The notes: generated from the sequence alone by a model not told the origin. Counted from the first letter of the whole stretch, positions 11,773 through 23,849 are shown. The stretch is 54,222 nt of DNA, filler included, from Sphacelaria rigidula (GCA_964200075.2; 5 parts of 5 records of this genome joined end to end with filler, not necessarily neighbours in it); one strand, 5' to 3'. A program made the numbers and translations.

Positions 11773-12454
11773 GATAGTCAGTGCTGCGCCGGAGAAAACC
11801 TTATATTTTTTATTTTAATTTCAAAGGTCTCCGCAAAATACGGTGCAAAACGGTGGATGATGGCAAATATGGCGATTTCACAATGACAGTATCGCCCAGG
11901 CGGATGGAGCTCACGCGTGGACGAACAAGGTGTGTAGATATATGGACAGTCAGTATATGTCGCAGATTGCAACGGCAACAGTGCTGTATACAACGAGTTA
12001 GGGCAGAACCCGTGCAGCCCAGGGTGGACACCCCCCCCCTCGTGAAACCTGATCTCCGATTTTATGGGAGAGCACGGCGCTCGGCCTACGCCACCGATAG
12101 AGATACAGGGGAATATTTCATCGTGTGGAGAAAATAACCTTCCTGTTGCAAAATGATTCAGTGATGTTCACCGGTGTCGCAAAATTGACAACTTTACTGA
12201 AGTTTGAAGAAGTTTAAATTTTGCTCCTCACCAGCAGATGGGTGCAGTAGGGAGCCCCCTTCCTGCTCTACAAGCTGACCCCAGTACAATACAAGCCCGT
12301 GCAGCACAACACCGAAGCACCCTAATGTAGCACAGAACTGCGCAACTTCGTTCTGTGAAGTACAGTGCAGCACAGAGTGTTGTACAGTTGTGAAATGTAG
12401 TCCTCGGGTATGAACAGCGCCGACTGCAAGAAGAGACAATGTACAGGCCTACTG

Positions 12455-13290
12455 TAGTGCGAATATGACGGTCATGTCGAAGCCATCAGGATCCACGATA
12501 CGCAATATGCGGCCGTGGGTTATGTGTAGTTCTGCGGGCTACGTACTCCATGAAGGAAGGTATTAATCCCACCTGGTGCCTTTTCTTGCGCAACGATCCC
12601 ATGTTGGGAACATGGACCCGGGTTCCAACGACCCCTCTACGTGTAGCGATATAATCCGAGCATATGTCGACATATATTTCGATTTTTCATGGTACAACAG
12701 TACGGCGATCGCATGTAGCAACCATGGGAATAGATGGAGCGGCAACCCAAACCCCGTTATCGTTAGATGGCACAGCATGATAACCACACGATTGAAGAAA
12801 CCTGTGATCAAAAGTATTGACGTACAATCCTGCACGAATACACTCCCGGGCACATTCGCTGACCGTGGATGTGGAAGATCACCAAGACCCACACTTGGGG
12901 TGCAAAATCTGGAGCACTTCTGCGACGCGGCTGACGCAGACCGAACGTGAGATACAGCACCGCAATCAGTCTCGAGGTGAGAGCACCGCAACATCCCTCA
13001 TGCACGCGTGCCGCGCGAGGTAGAAGCGCTGAAGATCCGGTACATCCGACTGATTTCCCCTTGTTCCCGCTGGTAGTTGCGACTTTTGAACGAAAATTGA
13101 CGATACCAACATTTCGGGATATCATCCTTCCACATGAAGCCCTCACTATTTACAATCTAAAAACGAGACGACATGGCTGCCACGTGGAGCCCATCTATCG
13201 TTTTGCCGTCTCTTCCGGACAGGCAAGGAAGTGCCTGCACCACTATCGCCGCCATCTCGTCCGACGCATGCCACATCCGCGGTTGAAAGC
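12455..13290 (+). pseudogene. Decayed KDZ (Kyakuja-Dileera-Zisupton)-type transposase with CxC-like region
   Basis: Ordered motifs across frameshifts: CEYDGHVEAI; IIRAYVD...CSNHG...NPNPVIV/LDGTA; TCDQKY...HEYTPG/PGTF..GCG...LG; GESTATSL; SSFH. Read by eye only. Confidence 0.45.
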
Positions 13291-13309
13291 AGATCCACAC
13301 TCACGCACT

Positions 13310-14740
13310 CCGAGTGTGCAGCGGGGGTGGAAAATCTGAGGGACATTGCCGAGGGCCTCGCCGGCGAAGGGATCAAAGCGCGAAAGTGGCTGAGCCCCTC
13401 CCGAACGGAAAAGATGCGGCGACTCTACTATTCAGTACATCGAAGGCGTCCACCGCGTCCACTGATGGCGATCTGTACGAAAACAGGGGTTGGAGGGATG
13501 CAACGACCGTCCGAGCGCAGAACGTAACAACATCATATTTCGATCGGGCGGGGACGGCGCGACTTGTGAAATCTCCACAACATCGGCGTCGGGAAACAAT
13601 ACACGGGAGGTGTCACCATGGACTCCGCCGACAGTGCCTCTCAAGGAAGTGGGTAACACTCCCCGCAAAAGCGAAGAGCTGCCGGTGGTTAAGTCGTTGA
13701 GGTTGAGACTTCAACTCCGTCAACCAAGTAAATACGTACCCCGCCCAACTCCGGCAGAGGCACACCCCCGCATGCTCACACACGTACATCGAGACGGGAG
13801 AGCAACGCGACGAATCACCCAGAGTTTGACAACGCATGGAGAGTATGGCTTGAACAACGAAGGGCTGCGTTGCAGCATAGAAACGAGGTGAAGGAAGATC
13901 AGCTGCTGGCAATACCCTCTCCCGAGGAAGCGCCGACATCAGCATCCCCATACAACGCAAGACGGGGTCCTGCTCGGGGGTCACCGGGGGGATTTTCCAC
14001 GACATCGGGACACCGTAACAAGCGACCAGGTTGGCCATGCACCTCGCAACCAACTGCTGCAGGCGCGTCGGCGTCAAACTCTGAGCAGAAAAAGAAGAAG
14101 GCTACATATGCTGTCGTCCCTGGGGTCGACAGGTGTCGAGTTGAAGGTGTCGGCAGCTCATCCTTGGTGGCTTTGGAAAAAGAGTAGGTAGCGCCGGCGC
14201 CTACGAACGGGGTTGCCAGCGAGCTGATGAGGCATCCCAACTGCCGGACACCACCCTCCCACACTGATTGTGGTGAATCTCGCGCGCGCGGTGAAAGAGG
14301 GAGGATATCGACGCGGCGCAGTTGTTCTCAAGTTCCCCCGACAATCATGACAGCTGCAGGAGGGTGCATTCTGCGCCGGCAGGCTCTACCCCGGTCCGTA
14401 GTATAAGGAAGGGTAAAGGACGTGCGCGGTTTTGTCACGATGTGTGTGGCATCTAATTCCCCGTCGTCGACGATGCATGCAGCACGCGCTCCTCTTGCGG
14501 TCGGATACGCGACCCGGTAGCGCAATTGTGCTTCGCCTGCCAAGGCAATGCCTGGCGTTGCCTTGGCGCGGCACGAATTCCGAAAGCTCGGCTATTTCTG
14601 GAGCGTGTGCGAAGAGTGATGGTGTACACCCGGCTGCGCTTGTACAAAACTATCAACCGCGTCCAGGTTACTAATGCAACTGGCATGATTGTTTGTTGCG
14701 CTCACTCGAGCGACACAGAATTGCGAGTGATAGACGGAAG
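13310..14740 (+). pseudogene. Decayed PIF1-like SF1B helicase remnants
   Basis: Ordered motifs across frames: AAG/GGKS-LRDIAEGLAGEGIKA (Walker A plus helix), PNGKDAATLL (motif Ia-like), PLAVGYAT...CQG (14491-14546), GM/LFVALTRATQ (14689-14718). Confidence 0.45.
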
Positions 14741-14807
14741 GCAAGGTCCATCCCTCCGGTTTGCTGCATACCCGCAACTGTTGGTTGAATTTCACCTCCC
14801 TACCCCT

Positions 14808-14869
14808 CCGTCTCGAAAGGGATGCGTTGTCAATGGCCAAACGACTAAGGCAAGCAACAAATGAGTACG
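14808..14869 (+). mobile_element. LINE 3' end, family A
   Basis: CCGTCTCGAAAGGGATGCGTTGTCAATGGCCAAACGACTAAGGCAAGCAACAAATGAGTAC between C-rich near-repeats. Confidence 0.7.
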
Positions 14870-14888
14870 ACCTCCCCCCTATCCCTGC

Positions 14889-14920
14889 TTATGACTATGG
14901 CATGCATGATCATGAGTACA
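14889..14920 (+). mobile_element. 32-bp LINE family B 3' end with 12-bp TSD
   Basis: TTATGACTATGGCATGCATGATCATGAGTACA flanked by CCCTATCCCTGC at 14877-14888 and 14921-14932. Confidence 0.75.
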
Positions 14921-16537
14921 CCCTATCCCTGCCGAGCCGGACGTTTTTGCAGAAGCACACCGTAAAGTAATTTCTGCCGTTGAGGCGGGGCGCGTATTGG
15001 GGCTAAAGGATGTTCAATCCTGGCTGCCGAAGCCAGTACCATAGCAAACGCCCGGGCTGTTCTAGACAAGCGCACCAGGGAGCAAGCGCTGGGAATTTTC
15101 GATCCGGTGGTGGCGGACAGCGCAGTCGGCGCCAAGCTTGAGAAGGTAAGTGGGGTCGAGGGGGCTGCATGTGGTGGCCAGCGAAAGTCCATCTATCTCG
15201 TTCCTTCCGTGGTGGCGCCCGAGGTAGATTTACGACCTACGTTGAACTTCGCAACATGCGTGCCAGGGTACGAGAACTGGAGCGTTCCGTTCCCCGCCTC
15301 ACCGCCCAGATCGAGAGTGGTCAGCCTGGTCAACCCGTACTCTAGCGGGTGATAGCTGCAGGTTCGGCGGAGGAGAAACGGACCGTGATCATAGCGACTG
15401 GGCATATCGTCAGGGTGGACATTGAAAGTGCACACGACCTGAGGAACGTATCGTGGGATAGGGACCAGAAATTAGCCGACGACATGTCGAAGGATATTCG
15501 ATCCATGAACCAATTTCTGACGGATGATATGCCACCGGCACCGTTGGCATCGCTGAGCAGTCTGTGCCATTCGAATGTGTCGAGTGATGATCTGGATTAG
15601 CTTTTTCCGACCGTGGAGGAAACAGAGAGTATTTGGCAAGGATTTTCTGTCCATGAGCCTCGCACCGCTGCTGCGGATGATGTCTCCATGTCGGCGGCGC
15701 GGGATGGCGGGGCCAGTTTAGTGAGCACCGCGAATGGGTCTGGTGGTGGTACGCTACAATGGGAACACGGGGGCGCAGTCCAACGGGCATCGGTGATGTC
15801 CCGCGCCAGCGCAAGAATACATGGATCGACGCGGCGAGGAAAGGCGCTGCGCAAGAAGATGAGGAAGAGGAAGAGGCAGATTGGGAGGCTGTATACGATG
15901 GTGCAAAAGCCTCGTCAAGACTGTTTTCGGCCGGGGATTTAGAGCAATGCACGACTTCCATCAAGCGCAGGTGTAGAAAACACACGGCGCACCCATGGCT
16001 CTCATCGACTACATTGCCGCCCACGGATTCTGCAAGACAGAGTTGATGAAGTACATGCGGGAGCAGTTCTACGTGAAGTGAAGATTGGACAAACATGTCA
16101 TGACCCTTGCTTTAAGGGCTGCTGCGATTCCTTGGGACAACTGTGATTTTCCGCCGCCGACGAGTGTTACGGGGGTCGGCGCACGTTTGAGTACTGTAGC
16201 AGCCACTTGCGTGGCTGTGCAAAATCTGCCCGGGGGTCTGTCTCTCGTGCACGTGCACCGCCAGCAAGGTGAGCTGGTGGCCGCGGATACCACGACGAGA
16301 CCCCTCTGGCACAGGGACGGCGAGCAATGGGAGCGTTACCTCTCCGTCTTGGACGATGCAGCATTCCGTTGCGCGGTGCCAAGGATCGTAGGTGAAGATA
16401 GTCACATCGACACGTGCTTGGAGATCGAGCTCAGCCAGGTGAACTGAGTTGCCAATTTTTGGCTACTCCTTGTTTGAACGTCCACGCGAACGTTTCACAG
16501 CCTTTCTCTAAAATGTTGGTCGGGATATTAGAGTAAA

Positions 16538-17834
16538 CGTCCCTGTTTCGGAACAGTACCAATTAAGGAACCCTTTTTGTTAACCGTCCATAACTTCGCA
16601 AAATATTGTTTTTTTTTCATCCTGCTTTTTTCTGCGTGTGCACAAGTGCACGGCGCTTCGTTTGAGCTACTGTACATGCCTTTTACATCAGAAAACACTA
16701 TCCCACGGCACTGCGAATAAGCGCGTGTGTGTCTTTTTCCAAAAAGAGCATTTTGGTCGATCGGCTGCTAAGCATGCGAAGAACAAGGGTGGACCCAGAA
16801 GCGTTACGCAGCGGTCGCATGACCTTCCATGCCGCTGCAAAGACCTTTGGCATTTCCGTTGGTTCGCTGCAGAAGTGTGTCAGTGGTAGCGTGGGCAAAA
16901 CTGTCAGGGTTGGTATAAGTACTGTACTGTCGATGGAGGAAGAAAATTCCATCGAATATATGCTGAAATTTCCCGCAGCTCGTCAACGGGCCTGAATAGA
17001 GATGGCCTGAAACAGGCGGTCATGGCACTCTGCAGCGACATCCGACCGGTGCCATAGGACCAGACAGTAGGCTCAGGTTGTAAATGGCTCGACATGTTCC
17101 TTCGGAGGCACCCACGGCTAGGCAGGCGCAGCAACCGCATCTACAAGGCCAACAGGGTGGTGCGGCCGACGAATAAGATCGCATGCCGGAGGTTTATGCG
17201 GCCCGTGAGGACTGCGTGGACAAGGAGAAGCCAGCAGCCGATCTTAGATGGAACACTGACGAGACGGGTGCTTTACAGTCTGTCAAGAGCCGTTCCGTTT
17301 ATATGGTACAACGCATGTGTCTAGAGCTAGAGCCAGGGGCTGTTGCTGTGGAGTAGTGTTTGTCTGCTCTCAGTTATGCTGCGTTTGAAACGGTATTTTT
17401 CTCGCCGCATTCTTGGCCGACAAAGCCGTTGGCGTTTGCCTGCTCATTGCTGTCTCGGCGTGTTCTGATGCTTGCACTTACTCTTTACGAGTATAGAGGT
17501 ACTGCCTATACTGTCTGCAGAGGTGTTGCAAGTACCGCGTTTAGTGCTCGCTGCTATCTACGAGCTGCGTCTACCGTTCTCGTAGTCATGGTTGATTGTG
17601 GTGAAAATTTTGTGTGTAAAGGGGAGGGGGCGGGGGGGCAGCAAGCGTTTTTCATTGCAACTCGGTCACATCCGTCGAACACCAACTTTTGCGAGAAACA
17701 TGTCGGAACTAATCCCCCTTGGTTGAGTAGCTCAAAACAAACAGAAATCATAGAGCTTTACGAACGTGTTCGTCGACTCCGTCGTTGCCAAACACGGAGA
17801 AGAATGCTCAAATTTGTTCCGAAAACCCGGGGAC
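16538..17834 (+). mobile_element. Decayed pogo/Fot1-like (Tc1-mariner superfamily) DNA transposon
   Basis: 16774-17300 encodes HTH_psq-like MTFHAAAKTFGISVGSLQKCVSG, STVLSMEEENSI, CENP-B-like KWLDMFLRRHPRL and first catalytic motif WNTDETG. GTCCC..GTTTCGGAACA is inverted at ~16538 and ~17815-17834. Confidence 0.75.
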
Positions 17835-17976
17835 AGGCCAATTTTATCCACGAGTTGACTATTTTCTCTCTTTGCTGCCGAAAAGTGATGCATTGTGATG
17901 CATTGCGATGTGTAAAGGTTTGTGTCAGATGAAAATATCTGGAACATCCTACCTCTAGGTGTTCCGTTTCCGTAGC

Positions 17977-18960
17977 CCGCCAAGGCATCAGCAAGGCAGC
18001 GAACGAAACGATCTTGAAGACAAGATTGTCCCTCAATTGGACAGGACCGTTCAAAATACTGACAGTGGAACCATCGCCATCATCACCGGATGACAAACGC
18101 GTTGGTGACAAACTGTTTTATCTCGACCTGCCTCGCAACTTCCAGGGCAAGGACACCAAACCCCTCGTCTTCGTGCACAAATGCAAACCCTTCACGAACC
18201 CGCATGATACAAGCGACATGCCCAAGTACCTGTTTGCCGGACTCCCATAGTATGTTCTCAACAGCTACTCGACGACGTCCCCGCCCTATCATGTTACCAC
18301 CGACGACGTGACAGCCCCTCTGCTTGACCGTATTTATCATGTCCGGCCACCACATAACCCGTGGTCGGGGTGGCAAAATTGCTGTCATGTATAAGATCCA
18401 TTGGCACGGTCTTGGGAGAGCCTCTTGGGAACAATAATTTGACCTTCAATTGCACCGCCGTGCAATCCTTCTGTACTGGACGCAATCCCAACATCAGCAT
18501 CTTGCTTACAACAAGAAATATCGCAACATGCGTCGTGGTGCAGCAGCCCGCGAACTTTACCGCGATCAAGGACTACGTTTTGTCGCCGATGGTTAAGAAC
18601 TTGTAGCCACCAAGACTTGTAAAAGGAAGTTCTTCGCAAATCAGTGAATATTACCCAAGGGCACCTACCTTTGATTCATAGGCAGCAACAGCCTCTGGTG
18701 GTTAGGTCCGACCCACTCCGCCAACCTGGTTTCTGCCCACACATACGTCGTGCGCTTCATCGATGACCCTGGACCCATCCAGCTCAAGCTCCGGCCAGCG
18801 CTATATACCACCAGCCCATCTACACGACGCGGATCCTGGTGCCTTCAGCGCCTCAAGTCCGAAGGGCTTCGCCGCGGTCTCCAGCGCAACATCGACCACA
18901 CCCACGAGGTCCACGCGCCGCTAACCACGCTCCTTCGCTGCAACTTTTCCTCCCTTCTTT
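17977..18960 (+). pseudogene. Ty3/Gypsy integrase C-terminus (GPY/F motif plus chromodomain-like region)
   Basis: LKTRLSLNWTGPFKIL...LFYLDLP...VHKCKPF; SGHHITRGRGGKIAVMYKIHWHGLGRASWEQ; contains stops and frameshifts. Confidence 0.8.
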
Positions 18961-19389
18961 AGCATTGTTTACCCTCCCTTCTTCACCGGATCCCACTCTA
19001 CGACATTCACAACAGGACCGCCTACATCGGACGACGATCGAAGAACTACTAAAGCCACCCACAACTTACGACTACTGGGGCTCTAGTATCCCTTTTGGCT
19101 GGCGCTCGATCTCGCTAGATCTCCGATTTTCAGATTTTGCTTCCGACCAACATGCGTTGGTCACATACTGATCTTGCCGTTTTTTCTCTTTGGATTCCAC
19201 CAGGTTGAAGCTCTACTCCCTGTTGTACCTCCCTGTTTCCCCCCCCAGTTTTGCTAGGACGCCGAAGCAATTCATGCTTCTTCGTTAATCACTTGCAAGC
19301 AGAAGCAGTTTGTGATTCCACGTCTCGAAGCAGTTTTTCTGCTCCTCGAAGCAGTATATGCTTCCCTTATTTTGAGGTGTGGGAGTGGG

Positions 19390-20001
19390 TACGGGAGTGT
19401 TTCCTTAGTATGCTTTATTAGCCACGCATGACTTTACGAGTAAAGAAAAGCCTCAAGTTTACGCTGCTTTGAGGATAAAATTCTCGTACCTGTGATGAAG
19501 GTTGGTCTGGGTGGGTCAGTTTCATGAGGAAGCATACTAGCCTATTGCCATGCCGCCTTAGACCCGTCGATGAGGCCGGCTTTTATATTTTGTCCAGGCT
19601 GGTTTTAAGACTGCAGGTCTGTTCAGAGTTGGTCAGGTGCGAGTGTGAACTTGTATATGACAGAAATGATAATGGCTTGGGTGGGTCTTTGACAATCGAG
19701 CCACCCTACCTCACTAACATCTACTCCCCTCTTCCAACAAAGAAGTCTAACAGACTGATTGGATTGTGAGGCTGGCTGGATTGAGAGATCGGATATTGTA
19801 AGGTTGAGACCAAGCAATTAAAGAAGCGATAACATCATACCTACGCGTGACGTATCCCTGGACATATCAGTGCGAGATTGGTATACAGTGCGAGCGTACT
19901 CTGAACAGTACCTTGTGGCTTGGATGTACGGTCTGTTGACTGTTCCCTTGCCTGCCTAGTGAGCCTGTGCTTGCCGTATACAGCAGCATAACCTCATTAC
20001 A
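19390..20001 (+). mobile_element. Probable 3' LTR of the Gypsy element
   Basis: Follows purine-rich GAGGTGTGGGAGTGGG (PPT-like) downstream of the integrase; ends ...CATTACA. Left boundary approximate. Confidence 0.45.
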
Positions 20002-20020
20002 GGCCCTCGCTAGGGCATGG

Positions 20021-20190
20021 TTAACAAAACTCAGTGGGCCAGCTTGATGTTTTTCATTTTTTTCACTGGTTTAGGGCGTACTAGTACGGTAAAGACCCTT
20101 TATTCACGAGAATGCCCTAATCTCTACGAAAAAAAATGAAGGCTCCTTTCTTTTTTCGGCATACCTTCGTGGTTCTCCATGCCAAGTTTC
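20021..20190 (+). repeat. Dispersed repeat shared with 10520-10700
   Basis: Direct sequence similarity to the copy in piece 1. Confidence 0.65.
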
Positions 20191-20415
20191 AAACCTTAGT
20201 TCTGAAAAATGGGCTAAAACATTGAGATAAAGCCTAAGAGCAATGTTCATGTCTCGTCAATACTCCACTAAAAACACGAAAAAAATGGGAAAAAATGAGG
20301 GGGGGAACGTAAGAAGGTAACAAGCTGCTTATTTGTTTATATTATGCATTAGCGGTCCTCCACACGAAAAATCATAGAACATACATCAAAATCTGAGACG
20401 CGGTATCCAGATTAA

Positions 20416-20513
20416 CCCTTAGACCACGAGGTTAGTCTTCGGTTGAATCGGCATCAATTTCAAGTGAGAAAAAGTATGCATGATTCAGAAAGACTAATCT
20501 CGCGGTCTAAGGG
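20416..20513. mobile_element. piggyBac-like mini element (98 bp)
   Basis: TTAA|CCCTTAGACC.CGAG.TTAGTCTT ... AAGACTAATCTCGCGGTCTAAGGG|TTGA; diverged relative at about 45375-45460. Confidence 0.6.
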
Positions 20514-20822
20514 TTGAGGGCATCTAGTGCCTCTGCTCTTAATATATTGATTTTAGTATGGATCTTTTGTGCACCACATGTCGAGAGAGATTACGAACAA
20601 GGTCAGGGTGAGGGTATCTATCGTCTCTCCGTGCTCCAGGGAAGGTCCACAAAAAAAATCATTATCATCCGCTGAATGTATCGTTCGGATTTTCATATAG
20701 GTTTTAGTGTGGGCGCTATCGCCGTACGGTATAGGAATCACTAGACATGGGGTTTAATTAACGAAACAAAAATTGGCCTAGATTTTTTAGCAGATGGGCA
20801 CCATCCCCTTGATTCGACGAAT

Positions 20823-21072
20823 GACACTTTCTACGATAGCCCCCCCCAAAACCAGCTAAAAGTGTCACGAAAAAAATGGCCATATAGCGCCTGATGATGT
20901 TCGGGTTCAGGCTGCATGAAGCGCCTCATATTGGCGACATTGGCTAGAACGAATCCCAGCGTGGGAATTCCCAGCTTCTCGTTGTGCTTGGCTTTTCTCA
21001 GTTCGTTATACGTGAAGATTTTGCCTCGCAAAACCATGCACTTTTGGGGGGGGGGCTATCGTAGAAAGTGTC
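20823..21072. mobile_element. Non-autonomous TIR element with 25-bp perfect TIR and 4-bp TSD
   Basis: GAAT|GACACTTTCTACGATAGCCCCCCCC ... GGGGGGGGCTATCGTAGAAAGTGTC|GAAT. Confidence 0.8.
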
Positions 21073-21630
21073 GAATAATACGATATATATGCGGATCACG
21101 GCCCAACTCGTCTGTGTCGATGAGACATTGCTTTAATCCGTTGCTAGGCTGGCCCAGCTCGTACGGTGCGCAGCTCCTTCAAACAACATCCCTATGGCGC
21201 ATTTAGATGATTTTTCCACACGCCACCCATAACGGTGGTGCAAGACGTCATGATCTCTAACGGGATGGGAGTGCAGCCAGGTGTAGTACCTACTGCTTGT
21301 GCGCTGTAGGCTACGGATCGTTCCCACCGTCTTCTTCCAGCTGAAGCCGGCAAGAGTGAGGAACTACCCAAGGCAACGTGTACCCGTCAAGCATTTGAAT
21401 AATCTCTCGACACAACCAAGCGAATGCCGACACCGTCGCGACGCCAGGGATTTTTTCTGATTGCGATGCCGAGCTTTTCTACCTCGTGAATGGCCCATGT
21501 TGATGAGCATGGCACTTGTGATGGATGATGAATGTCCCACTTTGCTTGTCAGGGTGTAACAAAAAATTGTGCGATTTGAGGTTTAACTCCGAGATGAGGT
21601 TCAAGCCTAAAACAGTGCTTTCCCCACACT

Positions 21631-21730
21631 NNNNNNNNNNNNNNNNNNNNNNNNNNNNNNNNNNNNNNNNNNNNTTAATTAATTAANNNNNNNNNNNNNN
21701 NNNNNNNNNNNNNNNNNNNNNNNNNNNNNN
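21631..21730. other. Artificial scaffold linker
   Basis: 44N-TTAATTAATTAA-44N. Confidence 0.97.
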
Positions 21731-21953
21731 TCTAGGAAAAAAAAAAAAGAGAGAGTGGTCGAACAGAACGACATATCAGACTAAGTAGTGACAAAAAAGT
21801 AAAAAAAAGTCAACACAAGCAAAGCACAGAAGAAAATGGCTGACCTAAAGCAAGAAAAAGGAAAACAAGAGAAAAGTACAAAGCAAATCAAGTAAAATAA
21901 AATTAAGAACAATGAAACGATGGGGAAAAAAGGAGAAAAAAAGGGCCTAAGGG

Positions 21954-21984
<31 letters not shown>

Positions 21985-23849
21985 CATACTCTAGACAACG
22001 ACAATATGTCGCATTGACAAAAAGTGTACTGTATTCATCATCAAATGGATTGCCTAGTGCAACAATAGACGATGGGTTCAACTCTACACGCAGGGTGTTC
22101 TTGTTCTGTGACTTTGATTTTCATCTCTGGGTCTTTTCTCAAAATTGGTTGATGTGCAGAATGCGTGTTATTTCTTTTTTACAATAATGTATTTTGTGTG
22201 TGACAATGTGCGATGTATGTTTCTTGCCCATGTTGTTGACTTGTTGCAAGCGTGTGCATCGCCGCACTCTCACCTTCGCAACTTGGTGTCTTGTACGAAG
22301 CGGTGGCTTTTTTATTCCTGGTCGCTATGTGAATAAATATTTGAGTCGAGGCTTTATTCACGCCAAGTCACGTAAAGCAAGGAGGAGATCGGTGAAGTTT
22401 CGAGATTCTTCCACATGATTTAGTCGTCGAGCTTCCTCACAGACACGTTCGAAGTGATTTTTTTTCCTTTTTGCCTCTGACTTGGGTTGTTTGTGTATAG
22501 TATCCACCTCAAAGCACGACATGCCTAAGCTTGATGAGCAGAGAGATTCCTCGCCCTAAGCGAGCCGACTGGCGATTTCCGGTAACATGCGTCGCACCGC
22601 AAAGTTTCGGGTGAGGGTGGGAGGGTGCCGTTGAATGTCGCCTACTTTTTTCATACTTTTTGTGCTTTCTTGAGCTCTGGCCCTGACACAAAAGGTCGTA
22701 AGCGCTACTGTCTCTCCCCGGCGTCTTGCTTGCCCTCCTTTTGAAAACCGGTAGATTGGACTCGTCCGCCTATACTCGGGAGAATTTGCTCTTTTCTACT
22801 TGGCAGAAGATGTTTGTTTTCAAACCCTTCTGGAACTGTTGGTCGAAGAAGTGATGATTTGCAAACTCTCATATGGGAGCTTTCGTCATCGGTAAAACGG
22901 ACGTCACTTGGAGTTCGATGCACGAATCTGTCACATTGGTATACCTTGAACTTGGAGTGGTGCACTGTTTTGGGGGGTTGCATCATCTACAGTTGCAGAA
23001 AAATAACCATATCTTGCCCAAGAATAACGTCAATTGTAAATCGTCACTTTCCATCAACGGTTCCAAAAGCGTTGAGCACCCTGGTTCATTTATTTGTCTC
23101 ACAGACGAGCACTTTTTTTTTTCCCCTCTTGATCATCTACACGTCGGAGAGCTCTTGAGCTACCTCCAACATTACTTGTAATGAGTGTACTGGTCCGGAT
23201 CATGAGCTAGCTCTTTTACCTTCTTCCAAGTTTACGCCGCACAGGGCTGGACGCTGAGCACGCGAAGTAACGGAAAGGTAGCGCGTCGGATTTTCGGACC
23301 CTTACGTAATGTTTTTTGTGTTGTTGGACGAGGGATTTAAGAGTCCTCTTGGATGAGCTATTCTTGAAAGGTCATGAGCTGTCCGACGTGTGCAAGTTTT
23401 CCATCCGCTACCCTCCCCTCCGCCCGCCGGAAACGCCTCATTGGCCCGAAGAATGAGCCTTGCCATTTGACTATTTTTATCATGTCCGACATATCGACTC
23501 GTGAATGTTTCCTCGTTCCGTATACGCACCCTCACCCCTCCCCCAAAACACAGATGTTCACAACCTGGATGTCGACAAGAGATCAGTCAAGAAGTGTTGC
23601 AATTGTTGTTGTTGTAGTCTTCACATCAAAACCGTTCCGATATCTGCGCAATACTCTGTACTTGGCATCTGATGCAGACGCCTTCGGTGTTCACAGGCTA
23701 ACTACCCCAATATAGGGTAAAAGCGTAGAAAAGAGATTCATCGCTGTCCGCAGTACACTACCAGACTATGTTATCTGTTGTCCACGGTGTTGAGATATCA
23801 ACGCTAATCCCAAGCTTTCTGGCACATGACATCGCACACGCATCCGCAG

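Noticed and set aside
22020..23260. Possible upstream XPO1 exon or separate gene
   Set aside because: No CRM1-like peptide. Minus-strand fragments are full of stops and have no recognisable motif
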